DNA of 64,000 nt, taken from assembly GCA_021199855.1 (NCBI GenBank), contig JAJQHD010000009.1, positions 4,287 through 68,286 on the forward strand, given 5' to 3'. Below the pieces are notes generated by a model. That model saw nothing but the letters and a program-made list of their open reading frames with translations. It did no database searches and was not told the origin of the DNA. Position numbers and translations under genes: made by a program. Positions 54,271 to 64,000 of the stretch are shown piece by piece. Source of the DNA: Oscillospiraceae bacterium. Lineage in GTDB: Bacteria; Bacillota; Clostridia; Oscillospirales; Ruminococcaceae. Positions within the stretch are counted from its first letter, which is position 1; the number at the start of each line of letters is the position of its first letter.

Positions 54271-55293
54271 ATGATTAATCAAGACCTTCAGGACATTGAA
54301 AGACGGGCAAAAGAGGAGCTCGAAAAAGACCAGAGCGCCGCTGAGCTTGAAAATCTTCGTGTCAGATTTTTAGGAAAGAAGGGCGAGCTCACCGCAATTT
54401 TAAAGCAGATGTCGACTCTTCCTCCGGAGGAAAGACCGGTTGTCGGTCAGCTTGCCAACAGAATCAGAGCTAACATCGAGCAGGCTATCTCCACTAGAGG
54501 CGCAGAAATTCTCGCTATCTCTGCTGCAAAGAAGCTTAATGACGAAAAGCTCGACGTAACTCTTCCCGGACATCATCACGACATCGGAAATCTCCACCCT
54601 ATCAACTCAGTTTTGCATGAAGTTGAGGAGATATTCTTAGGTATGGGATTCAGTATTGCCGAAGGTCCCGAGGTCGAGTATGACTACTATAACTTTGAGG
54701 CTCTTAACCTTCCGCCAGATCATCCCGCAAGAGATACTCAGGACACATTCTATATTTCCGATAAGGTGCTTCTCAGAACCCAGACTTCCGCAATCCAGAT
54801 TCGTGTCATGGAAAAGCAGAAGCCGCCAATCAGAGTTATCGCTTCGGGAAGAGTTTATCGCTCCGACGCTGTCGACGCCACTCACTCTCCGATATTCAAT
54901 CAGGTCGAGGCACTTGTAGTCGACAAGGGAATTACGATGGGAGATTTAATCGGAACATTACAGCTTCTCATGAAGAGACTTTATGGCGAGGACGCAAAGA
55001 TAAGACTCAGACCGCACCACTTCCCGTTCACCGAGCCTTCTGCCGAAGTAGATATCCAGTGCTTCAACTGCGGCGGCAAGGGCTGTAGCATGTGCAAGGG
55101 CGAGGGCTATGTCGAGCTTCTGGGCGCCGGAATGGTTCACCCGAAGGTTCTTGAAACCTGCGGAATCGACTCCACCGTTTACTCCGGCTTCGCTTTCGGC
55201 TTGGGACTTGAAAGAATCGCAATGCGTAAATACGGAATCAACGACATGAGGCTTCTCTATGAGAACGACCTGAGATTCCTTGAACAGTTCTGA
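54271..55293 (+). CDS. pheS: phenylalanine--tRNA ligase alpha subunit
   Basis: HPARD, FRVYR-type motif (GRVYRSD) and class II motifs 2 and 3 (GFAFGLGLERIAM). Start set at the ATG at 54271, downstream of the T-box terminator. Confidence 0.95.
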   Translation: MINQDLQDIERRAKEELEKDQSAAELENLRVRFLGKKGELTAILKQMSTLPPEERPVVGQLANRIRANIEQAISTRGAEILAISAAKKLNDEKLDVTLPGHHHDIGNLHPINSVLHEVEEIFLGMGFSIAEGPEVEYDYYNFEALNLPPDHPARDTQDTFYISDKVLLRTQTSAIQIRVMEKQKPPIRVIASGRVYRSDAVDATHSPIFNQVEALVVDKGITMGDLIGTLQLLMKRLYGEDAKIRLRPHHFPFTEPSAEVDIQCFNCGGKGCSMCKGEGYVELLGAGMVHPKVLETCGIDSTVYSGFAFGLGLERIAMRKYGINDMRLLYENDLRFLEQF

Positions 55294-55308
55294 GGGAGGG
55301 TGAAATAG

Positions 55309-57699
55309 ATGGATTTATCAATGAAATGGCTCCACGATTATGTGGACGTAGATGAGCCTATAAAGAATTTCTGCTATGACATGACAATGACCGGTTCAAA
55401 GGTCGAGGGATATGAAGAAGAGGGCTCAAAGATAACAAACACCGTTGTCGGCAAGATTCTTTCAAAAGGCAAGCACGAAAATGCCGATGCGCTCTTCGTC
55501 TGCTCGGTTGATATCGGTAAGGACGAGCCGGTGCAGATTGTCACCAATGCAAAGAATGTAAAAGAAGGGGATTTAGTCCCCGTTGCGCTTGACGGCGCAA
55601 GCCTTCCCGAGGGCAAGATAAAGAAGGGCAAGATAAGAGGAGTAGAGAGCTACGGCATGTTCTGCGGACTTGATACTCTGGGACTCACCACTCACGACTT
55701 CCCCTATGCCGACCCAGAGGGCGTGTTCGTTCTTGAAGAGGACTGCAAGCCGGGCGACGACATCCACACAGCTATCGGTCTTGACGACACAACTGTTGAA
55801 TTTGAAATCACTTCAAACCGTGCAGATTGCCTGTCCGTCTTAGGTCTTGCAAGAGAAGCGGCGGCTACCTTCAACAAGCCCTTTAACTATAAGTACCCCG
55901 AGTACAAGGGTGTTGAGGACGACATCAACAAGTATCTCGATGTTAAAGTAGAGAACCAAGACCTCTGCCACCGTTATATCGGCGGCGTTGTAAAGAATAT
56001 AAGAATTGCTCCTTCTCCGAGATGGCTTCGTGAGAGACTTCGTGCGAGTGGCGTTCGCCCAATCAACAATCTTGTCGACATCACGAACTATGTCATGCTC
56101 GAATACGGTCAGCCGATGCACGCTTTCGACATAAAGTATCTTGAAGGCGGCAAAATCAGAGTCAGAAACGCTGTTTCCGGCGAGAGCATCACAACCCTTG
56201 ACGGAGTTGTCCGTGAACTTTCTCCTGAAATGCTCGTAATCGCCGATGAGAAGAAGCCGGTTGCCGTTGCCGGAGTTATGGGCGGCGAGTACAGCGGAAT
56301 CATGGACGATACCGAAACGGTCGTCTTCGAGTCTGCCTGCTTCGACGGCGCTTCCGTCAGAAGAACCGCAAAGAAATTAGGCATGAGAACCGAATCATCC
56401 GCCAGATTTGAAAAGGGTCTTGACGCTCACGGCTGTATGCCGGCAATTCTCAGGGCTTTTGAACTCTGCGAGCTCCTTGACTGCGGCGATCCGATAAGAG
56501 GTCTCATCGACTGCGACTATAACACCAAGCCACAGTCGACGGTGCCGTTTGATCCCGATTGGACAAACAAGTTCTTAGGCACCAATATCCCCGCCGAGGA
56601 CATGATAAAGTATCTTGAAAAGCTCGAATTTGAAGTCAAGGACGGCATCATCTATACTCCTTCCTTCAGAATCGACATAGAGTCAAAGGCGGATATCGCC
56701 GAGGAAATCGCAAGATTCTATGGCTACAACAACATTGAGGGCACAATTCTCACCGGCGTTGCCGACGCCCAGAGAACCCCGAAGCAGAAGCTTGTTATAA
56801 ACGTCGAGGATGCCTGCACAGCTCTCGGCTTCAATCAGATTAACACATTCGCCTTCATCTCCCCAAAGTACTACGATAAAATCCAGCTTCCGGCTGATTC
56901 AAAGCTTCGCAATTGCGTCGTAATCACCAATCCTTTGGGCGAGGACACCTCCGTCATGAGAACCACAATCATGCCGTCGATGTGCGAGACTCTTGCCCGC
57001 AACTATAACTACCGCAACCCGAAAGCCAAGCTCTTTGAGGTTGGAAACGAATACATCCCGACCGGCAATATTGACGAGCTCCCGAGTGAGCCGCTTCGAC
57101 TTGCTCTCGGAATGTACGGCGACAACTGCGACTTCTACGACATCAAGGGCGCGGTTGAAGATCTCATGTCGAGCCTCGGCTATGACAACTGCGAATATGC
57201 GGCTCCTGACAGTGACTGCATCTTCGACGAAGTTACAGCCTTCCATCCCGGACGTGTAGCAGTTATGACCTATGAGGGCAAGCAGCTTGCAATCCTGGGC
57301 GAGCTCCACCCGGCAGTTCTTCAGAATTACGGAATCGACACGAGGGCTTATTTCGCAAAAGTCAACATCACTGAGCTCCTTGAGACAGTAGCTCCCGAGA
57401 AAACCTATAAGCCGCTTCCGAAGTACCCGGCAATTTCAAGAGACATAGCGTTAGTCTGCGACGACGAAATCCCGGTTGCTACTCTTGAAAAGATGATATC
57501 AGAGGCTGTCGGCTCGAACTTAGAAAAGATTACCCTCTTCGATGTTTACAAGGGCAAGCAGATTCTTTCCGGCAAGAAGTCGGTTGCGTTCTCGATTGTC
57601 ATGCGTTCGCACGACGGAACACTTACAGACGAGCAGGCTGACGCCGCACTCAAGCGTGTCAGAAAGGCTCTTGCAACAATCGGTGCAGAAATCAGATAA
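55309..57699 (+). CDS. pheT: phenylalanine--tRNA ligase beta subunit
   Basis: MKWLHDYV N-terminus, with tRNA-binding, B3/4, B5 and FDX-ACB domains. 796 aa. Confidence 0.95.
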   Translation: MDLSMKWLHDYVDVDEPIKNFCYDMTMTGSKVEGYEEEGSKITNTVVGKILSKGKHENADALFVCSVDIGKDEPVQIVTNAKNVKEGDLVPVALDGASLPEGKIKKGKIRGVESYGMFCGLDTLGLTTHDFPYADPEGVFVLEEDCKPGDDIHTAIGLDDTTVEFEITSNRADCLSVLGLAREAAATFNKPFNYKYPEYKGVEDDINKYLDVKVENQDLCHRYIGGVVKNIRIAPSPRWLRERLRASGVRPINNLVDITNYVMLEYGQPMHAFDIKYLEGGKIRVRNAVSGESITTLDGVVRELSPEMLVIADEKKPVAVAGVMGGEYSGIMDDTETVVFESACFDGASVRRTAKKLGMRTESSARFEKGLDAHGCMPAILRAFELCELLDCGDPIRGLIDCDYNTKPQSTVPFDPDWTNKFLGTNIPAEDMIKYLEKLEFEVKDGIIYTPSFRIDIESKADIAEEIARFYGYNNIEGTILTGVADAQRTPKQKLVINVEDACTALGFNQINTFAFISPKYYDKIQLPADSKLRNCVVITNPLGEDTSVMRTTIMPSMCETLARNYNYRNPKAKLFEVGNEYIPTGNIDELPSEPLRLALGMYGDNCDFYDIKGAVEDLMSSLGYDNCEYAAPDSDCIFDEVTAFHPGRVAVMTYEGKQLAILGELHPAVLQNYGIDTRAYFAKVNITELLETVAPEKTYKPLPKYPAISRDIALVCDDEIPVATLEKMISEAVGSNLEKITLFDVYKGKQILSGKKSVAFSIVMRSHDGTLTDEQADAALKRVRKALATIGAEIR

Positions 57700-57710
57700 T
57701 AATTATCGAG

Positions 57711-57745
57711 TCTTCGGGAGGGAAAATCCTCCCGGAGGCTTTTTA
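57711..57745 (+). terminator. pheST terminator
   Basis: Stem CTTCGGGAGG / CCTCCCGGAGG with loop GAAAAT, followed by TTTTT. Confidence 0.75.
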
Positions 57746-57894
57746 TATCCCACAAACCCGCATGGGACGTGGATTTTTCAAGAAAAAATCATAAAATAAT
57801 CGGCTAAAGCTCTTGCTATTTTACTCGCAAAGGGTTATAATAGGTGTATCGTTTAGTGGAGAACGAGGTAATCTTTAAAAAGGAGCTGACCCAC

Positions 57895-58140
57895 ATGCAT
57901 GACCAGACAATGACATTTTCTGTGAAACAGGATCGTAAAGACGAGATTAAGAATACTCTCAACATCGTGTATGAGGCACTTCTTGAAAAAGGCTACAATC
58001 CCGTCAACCAGATTGTCGGTTACATTCTTTCGGAAGACCCAACCTATATAACCACCTACAACAACGCAAGAAGCCTCATCCGTCACATCGACCGTGACGA
58101 GCTTTTGCAGGAAATGGTTAAGAGCTATCTCAATTCGTGA
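57895..58140 (+). CDS. ireB: IreB-family regulatory phosphoprotein (UPF0297)
   Basis: TMTFSV...[55 protein letters not shown] is the highly conserved UPF0297 core. AAAGGAG RBS. Confidence 0.9.
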   Translation: MHDQTMTFSVKQDRKDEIKNTLNIVYEALLEKGYNPVNQIVGYILSEDPTYITTYNNARSLIRHIDRDELLQEMVKSYLNS

Positions 58141-58353
58141 GATTTAAAATTTGCAGGTTCGTTGTTCATATTTTTCCTATGTGCAAGAAGAGCTGTACCA
58201 ATTGGTGCGGCTCTTTTTGTAATCATTCTGTAGTTGTATTTTTATGTCGGATTTTGTAAAATAGTAATAGAAGAAACTGCCGATTATATTTCGGCTGACG
58301 TGTGAGATATTATTTACGCGAGAAATTCGCAATTTTATAAGGAGGGAACGATA

Positions 58354-59349
58354 TTGAGAAAAGCAAAATTAGTTGCACTCTTGACAGTCTGTGCACTTTT
58401 ATCTGGACTTCTAGCCGGTTGTGCCGAAATATCCGATGGCTACTACAGCGACGGCACCCAGGCGACGACTTCTGAGACCACTACAGCTCCGGAAGTAACC
58501 ACTTCTGAAGCCACAACCACCGAAGTCACTACAACCGAAGCAGTAACCACAACAGAAGAAATCACCACAGTTCCCGAAGAGACCGAGCCGGAGGAGTCCT
58601 CCATCAGTGATATTGAAGAACTGGTTGAGCCGATTTCGACCGAGTCTGAGTGGGATTACTCCACACTCTCGACTGAAGGAAGCGGCTACGGGCAGGGAGT
58701 CAGGTTTGACGACCTCAACCGCCCGAAGGGAGCCCTCAACTTCAACGAGGCATACGGGGAGTACAACGCCGGGGCGATTCAGGAGACCGAAGAGAAGACC
58801 ATCATGCTTACTTTTGATGAGGGCTACGAGAACGGCTACACCGCCGCAATTCTTGACACCCTTGCCGAAAAGGGCGTGAAAGCCATCTTCTTTGTCACCT
58901 ATGACTATGTTTCGAGAAACCCGGAGCTGGTGCAAAGGATGATTGACGAAGGACACACCGTCGGTAGCCATTCCTGGCACCACTACTCGATGCCGGAGCT
59001 GACGGTGGAGGAGATGATGGAAGAAATCATGTATCTTCACGACTACATGATTGAGAACTTCGGTCTTGAGATGACTCTCTTCCGCCCACCGAAGGGCGAA
59101 TACTCAGAACTCAGCCTTGCCGTGACAGCGGATTTGGGCTACAAAACGGTCCTCTGGAGCTTCGCCTACGCCGACTGGGACACCGACGACCAGCCCGACC
59201 CGGAGGAATCGCTCCAGAAGCTCATCGACCGAGCCCACCCCGGCGCCATCTATCTTCTCCACGCCGTATCCGAGACCAATACGGAGATATTGGGGGAGTT
59301 TATAGATGAGGTGATATTTGAGGGATATACTTTCGTATCTGGGAATTAG
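58354..59349 (+). CDS. polysaccharide deacetylase (CE4, PdaA-like) lipoprotein with a Thr/Glu-rich linker
   Basis: TTG start after AAGGAGGG. Lipobox LLAGC. NodB motifs TFDEGY and HSWHH. The linker is TTSETTTAPEVTTSEATTTEVTTTEAVTTTEE. Confidence 0.85.
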   Translation: MRKAKLVALLTVCALLSGLLAGCAEISDGYYSDGTQATTSETTTAPEVTTSEATTTEVTTTEAVTTTEEITTVPEETEPEESSISDIEELVEPISTESEWDYSTLSTEGSGYGQGVRFDDLNRPKGALNFNEAYGEYNAGAIQETEEKTIMLTFDEGYENGYTAAILDTLAEKGVKAIFFVTYDYVSRNPELVQRMIDEGHTVGSHSWHHYSMPELTVEEMMEEIMYLHDYMIENFGLEMTLFRPPKGEYSELSLAVTADLGYKTVLWSFAYADWDTDDQPDPEESLQKLIDRAHPGAIYLLHAVSETNTEILGEFIDEVIFEGYTFVSGN

Positions 59350-59530
59350 CAGTTCGCCTTCGGCGAACTGCGCGCCTCCCTTCGGTCGGCGCACCTCTCA
59401 GTCTCGCCTGCGGCGAGCCAGCTCCCCTTGATAAGGGGAGCCTTTTTTGGGGAGCACCGCTGGCTCCCCTTTTTAAGGGGAGCTGTCAGCGAAGCTGACT
59501 GAGAGGTGTGCGAGCCCGTAGGGCGAGCAC
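59350..59530. repeat. composite hairpin repeat (family A, inverted double unit)
   Basis: GCAGTTCGCCTTCGGCGAACTGC, CACCTCTCAGTC..AGCTCCCCTTGATAAGGGGAGCC, spacer, GGCTCCCCTTTTTAAGGGGAGC TGTCAGCGAAGCTGAC TGAGAGGTG, GCGAGCCCGTAGGGCGAGC. Confidence 0.85.
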
Positions 59531-59559
59531 AAAAAGCCCCACCATGCAGTGGGGCTTTT
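59531..59559. terminator. bidirectional terminator
   Basis: AAAAA-GCCCCAC-CATGCA-GTGGGGC-TTTT, between convergent genes. Confidence 0.75.
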
Positions 59560-59571
59560 CCTATGCCAGAA

Positions 59572-62500
59572 TTATCTTCTCTTGTTCGCAACCGCACCCG
59601 CCATTGCCAGTGCCATTGGCAGGAGTGCCAGAGCGATTCCGGTTGTCGGGTTGGTATCGGGTTCTGTTTCTGTGTTGTCGCCGACGTTTACGTCGTCCGG
59701 CTCGGTATCGGTGTCAGTGCCTTCGATCGGCTCGTCAATCTCGACGGTTTCCTCAACGAGGACGGTTTCAATAGCTTCAAGATTATCAATAGCCGTGTTG
59801 ATTGCCTCCGCATAGGCGTTGACTGTCGCCTGATTCAGGACGTTCATGCCCCACTGAACTGCATTTATTGCCGTTGTGACATCTGCAAAGTTCGTGTAAC
59901 TGCTTGAATCCAGTCCGTTAGCCCGTGCAATAGCCAGGTTGACGGAGGTGTAATCCGCAGGAATCACCAGCAGGCTTACTCCGGTCGTTACTGAATCGGT
60001 GTAGGTGACGCCATTGAACTCAGCGGTAGCTGTTCTTGTGACGAGTCCCAGATTGTTGACTGCCTTTATCGTGACATCCGAGCTGTCGATGGTTACTGTA
60101 TGGTCGCAATCGGAGCATGTAAGAGTAACCGTCGCAGACTTGAGGTCATCAGCCCAGCTGAAGGTAGCCACATAGTTATGAGCAGAAGCCGTGAATGTCG
60201 CTTTGTAGGTGGTGTTCCCGGAAACTGTTTCTATATCCTTATCCCATCCGGCGAAGGTGTATGAATAGGTGTTATCCGAAGCCTTTGTCGGGGTTGAGCC
60301 GGAGTAGGAGACAGTTGCGCCTTCGAGAAGTCTCGAATCAACCTGAATCTCATTTCCGTCGCCGTCTATCCAGGTAACTGTGTAGGTTTGTACGGATGTA
60401 GAGTAAGTCATTCCATCGTGAATGAGTGTAACGGTGAACAAGCCGTCAACCTCGGTGATAGTCACTTCGTCGTCTGTGGCGCTGACGTACTCAACCACCT
60501 CGTCGCAGTTTTTGCAGGTAAGTGTCACCGTGCAAGAAGTGAAGTCGTCATCCCAGAGATACGATTCAGTGTAGCTGTGCCCGGTAGCTTCAGTCTCGTC
60601 AGCAATGTAGCTGTCGCCGCACACAGAGCAAGTATAGGTTGTATATCCTTTCTCGGTGCAGGTCGGGGCAGTTACGACTGCTTCGTAGCTGTGCCCGGTA
60701 GCCGGAATTTCCTCTGTATAAGTTTCTCCACAGACCTCACAAGTGTAGGTTATCGAGCCAGGTGTGTCACAAGTAGCGTTTATGTTGACCGTGCCTTCGT
60801 CCCAGGTGTGCCCGGTAGCCGAGCCTGCGTCTGTTATCACGAAAGTGTTGTAGTATGTCTGGTCGCTGATGTCATTGTAGTAAGTCGCTGTATAGGTGGT
60901 GAAACCATTTGTGGTGCAAGTTGGGTTGGAGTATTCGCTTTTGACTTCGTCGGCGTCTCCGGAATAAAGTACCGTGCCACAATCACGACTACATAAGACC
61001 GTTACGGTTACATCTCCATAATCCCAATTGAAGGAGATACGGTCTCCCTCAACATGGTGCCCGAGAGCCGGAGTCTCATCAGCAATGTAGCTGTCGCCGC
61101 ACACAGAGCAAGTATAGGTTGTATATCCTTGCTCAGTGCAGGTCGGGGCAGTTACGACTGCTTCGTAGTTGTGCCCGGTTGCCGGGATAGTGACTTCCTG
61201 CGTGTCGGTGTATTCTATGCCGTTGAATGTAACTTTTGCCGTGTAGACTGTCTTGCCATCTTCAGTGCACTTAGCCGCAGTGGTCACGGATTCGACTGTG
61301 GCAGTTTCTGTCTCTACATGAGAGCTATCATTTTCGCAGGTGAATATCGCCGTGCAGGTGCTGTAGTCCTCAGCCCAGTCGAAAGTGGGACTATCCCAGC
61401 TATGCCCGGTAGCCGGAAGGGTGACAGTATAGTCATCGAGACAAGCTTCACATACGTAGTGTTCATAACCGCTTGCTGTACATGTCGCATCCTCATTTTC
61501 ATATAGCTTGTAGCTGTGCCCGGTAGCCTGAATTTCCTCTGTATAGGTTTCTCCACAGACCGTGCAGGTATAAGTTTTCACGCCATTTTCAGTGCAGGTG
61601 GCGGCAGTGGTGACTTCGGAGGTGTAGGTGTGGGTGTGGGAGGTGCCGCCGGAGGCATCAGCTTGGGCTATCTTGATGTAGCTGTAGTTCAACCAGGTCT
61701 CTCCGGATAGTGTCGTTGCTGAAGAATAAGACGTCGGGGTTCCGCTCGTGCCGAGTGTGACATCAAGAGTCTTGTCTGTGTCGGGGGTGAGGGTGATGGC
61801 GCCGTAGACAGTTATCTGTTTTTCAAAGTCGAAGTAGCTAACTGAGATACCGCCATCGGCGGTGACGTCGCTTGCGGTTATAGAGAGGTTTTCTGCACTG
61901 ATTGCACCGTCAGTTGAGGTGGTTGTAATTGCTACCATGCTGTTTTCGATAGTTATATCACCCGTAGCGCTCAATGTGCAGTCAGCTTCAAGGACGGCTT
62001 CGTTTTTGATAGTTATGCTACTGCTCATAGAGCAAATAGAATGATCGTTTGCGGAGACGGTCAGCGATACTCCGTCAATAGTCACAGCGCCTACGCAGTA
62101 GATTCCTCTGGAGTATGAACCGGTTGTAGATGGCTGGAGTGCCAGGCTGCCTGGAACTGTAGTATCTGTAAGTACAATATTTACGACTCCGTTTCTGTTG
62201 CGGATTCCATAGTTCTCTCCGCCGATTGTATTGTCGCCGTAAAGGCTTATCGTCAGTTCGCTCGATGTAGTGGAAATAGTAGCGTCATCGGTAGCGCTGG
62301 TGTTTGAAGTGGTGTAGGTGAAACTGTTGAGATACAGCACACCGTTATTAAAGTAAGCATACCCACTTCCGGTAGGAGTTCCGGCAGTCTTGGTAGAGCC
62401 GTCGGTGGTGTATTCGCCGTCAGACAGTTCGATGTTTCCGACCCAGACGGTGCCGTAGTCAACCGTCGGTTCGTCTGCTTCTACTGTGAGCACCATTATC

Positions 62501-64000
62501 GGGGAAAGACCGGTCAGGGTGCCGGTGATGGTGAGGGTGCCGTTGTTTGTGACGGTGGAGCTATCGAGTCTCTCCCAGCCGGAGGTGCCGTTGTGGAGGA
62601 GGACGACGCTGTCGGGGTCGACGGTGCCGTTGACGGTAAGGCTTAAAGTGATGGTAGCACCGCTGACGTTGAGACTTGAATAGGACAGGTCGCCATAGAA
62701 GAGAACCGTTCCACTCAGGCTCGTCTCATCGCCGGAAGTAGTAGTCTCCTTGCCGGTGAGGGTTTCACCGATGGTGATGTTCGCCGAGGTCTCAGGACTC
62801 AGGGTGATGGAACTGCCGGTAGTCGAGCCGTCAAAGGTGAGACTGCTCACGGTGCTGGCAACCGACGAAAGGGTAAGGGTGCCGGTGGAGCCAGCCGCGG
62901 CAGAGCCGGTGGTGTCTATAGAAATAGTAGCACTCCCGACGGTGTTCGTGTCGATGACCTGGGACAGGATTTCAGAGTTTTCCGAGTCGGAAACAGTAAC
63001 GGAGGTCGAGCCTTCGTCTTCCGACGGCTCAGCTTCGCCGCAGTTGACGCAGACGCCGCCAGCGTAGTTGTGACCCTTTGCAGAAAGAGTCATTCCACAG
63101 ACTGAGCAGATGGCGTCCTCTTCGCAGGTAGCAGACGTCGTGCTGGTGGTATGGTCGCAGTCGTCATAGTGAGCGTAGAGAATAGTGTCCTCGTAGAACT
63201 CATGATCTTCGTAAATCTGGTAGCCCAGCTCGGTGTAGTAGCCGTTGATAACTTCTCCATACATGAAGACATTGTCGAACGGGAATGCTTCAACCTTACA
63301 GGTATTTCTGTCGACCTTCAGGGTTATCTGTTTCTTAGTCTCGTCGCCGTCGAAATATCCGGCGCAGGCGTCGAAGGTAACCTTAACGGTGGCACTGAAG
63401 CCGTAGGTGCTGTCTGAAGGACAGTAGTACCAGTAGTTGGTATCGCCTACGTTGTTGCCGCTTGCGTCGACAATTCTTACCTTGTAGTAATAGTTTCCGG
63501 TGTCCTGGAAGGCTTCGTCACCGGAGATATAGTTGTTGGTTGTGTAAAGCGTGCGAACGAGCGTATTGTCGTCAGCTGAGTAGACTTCAACCTTGAACTG
63601 AGCAATGGTGCCGGAACTGTTCCAAGTCAATTTGTCGTTGTAGTAGTCATACGTCGCACCGGCAACGATGACTTCGACCGTTTCAAGACTCGAATCATAA
63701 GTAAATTCGGCGGATTGCGCCGGAGTAGTCGAGCCGGAAGCAGTGACGGTGTAGTAGTAGGTAGTGCCGGAAACAAGACCTATCATTCAATTGTAGCTTG
63801 TAGTTCCGCTCCACGCAACTGCGCCTGTGCTGGCGTTATACACAGTTACTGAGTAATCCATAGCTTCAGCATCCGACCACGAAAGCATACATACGCCCGC
63901 AGTGGTGGAATAGTTCGCCATTTTTACGTCAGCCGCAAAGGCTGTCGGCACTGTCATGCTGAACAGCATGGCAATCGCCAGGATGATGGATAAAAGACGT
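59572..64000 (-). CDS. giant cell-surface protein (over 1470 aa, 5' end outside the window) with an in-frame TGA at 63789-63787
   Basis: Signal peptide ...RLLSIILAIAMLFSMTVPTAFA-ADV at the window edge. FN3-like, List-Bact-repeat-like and beta-helix-like regions, plus about 8-10 Cys-triad modules. C-terminal NPTTG, a hydrophobic stretch, then KRR. ORFs 63787..63969 and 59572..63786 are in one frame. Confidence 0.8.

Noticed and set aside
60601-61185. A diversity-generating retroelement (template/variable repeat pair) in the giant gene.
   Set aside because: The four mismatches between the 105-bp copies are T/G, G/A, C/T and A/T, not adenine-specific. No reverse transcriptase gene is in the window.
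63787-63789. Selenocysteine at the in-frame TGA of the giant protein.
   Set aside because: The position lies in a structural FN3-like strand, not in a redox motif. I see no obvious stem-loop resembling a bacterial SECIS element immediately downstream of the TGA. No sel genes are in the window.

Overview
This looks like a chromosomal segment from a Firmicutes/Clostridia-type genome, judging by strong GGAGG ribosome-binding sites, TTGACA-17-TATAAT promoters, a T-box leader, BceRS-AB, CsoR-CopA and IreB. GC content is roughly 50% and most genes are on the minus strand. Housekeeping genes (ackA 3' end, nadE, rsmE, dCMP deaminase, tsaE, tsaB, rpiB, pepV, pulA, rnpB, tgt, pheST, ireB) alternate with accessory modules.

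Accessory modules:
- An ABC locus with one ATPase and three paralogous double-FtsX permeases. It is split by an HTH-TPR (RRNPP-like) regulator, a convergent small secreted peptide gene and a tandem palindromic operator.
- A GH43 gene next to an ATP-grasp gene and two esterases.
- A csoR-copA operon.
- A DUF3990 gene paired with an HTH gene.
- Two tandem ECF sigma/anti-sigma pairs.
- A VapBC cassette flanked by 36-bp perfect direct repeats.
- Two decaying MNT-HEPN modules next to a NYN-domain protein.
- A BceRS-AB-like module with an APH-like kinase, bracketed by two homologous type I toxin-antitoxin-like modules that the ORF track misses.
- A giant Cys-repeat surface protein.

Two families of intergenic hairpin repeats recur across the window. 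Five otherwise intact genes are interrupted, by three in-frame TAG codons, one in-frame TGA and one frameshift. I recognised no rRNA, tRNA, CRISPR array, transposase or integrase. All functional calls come from motif recognition by eye and no database search was run.
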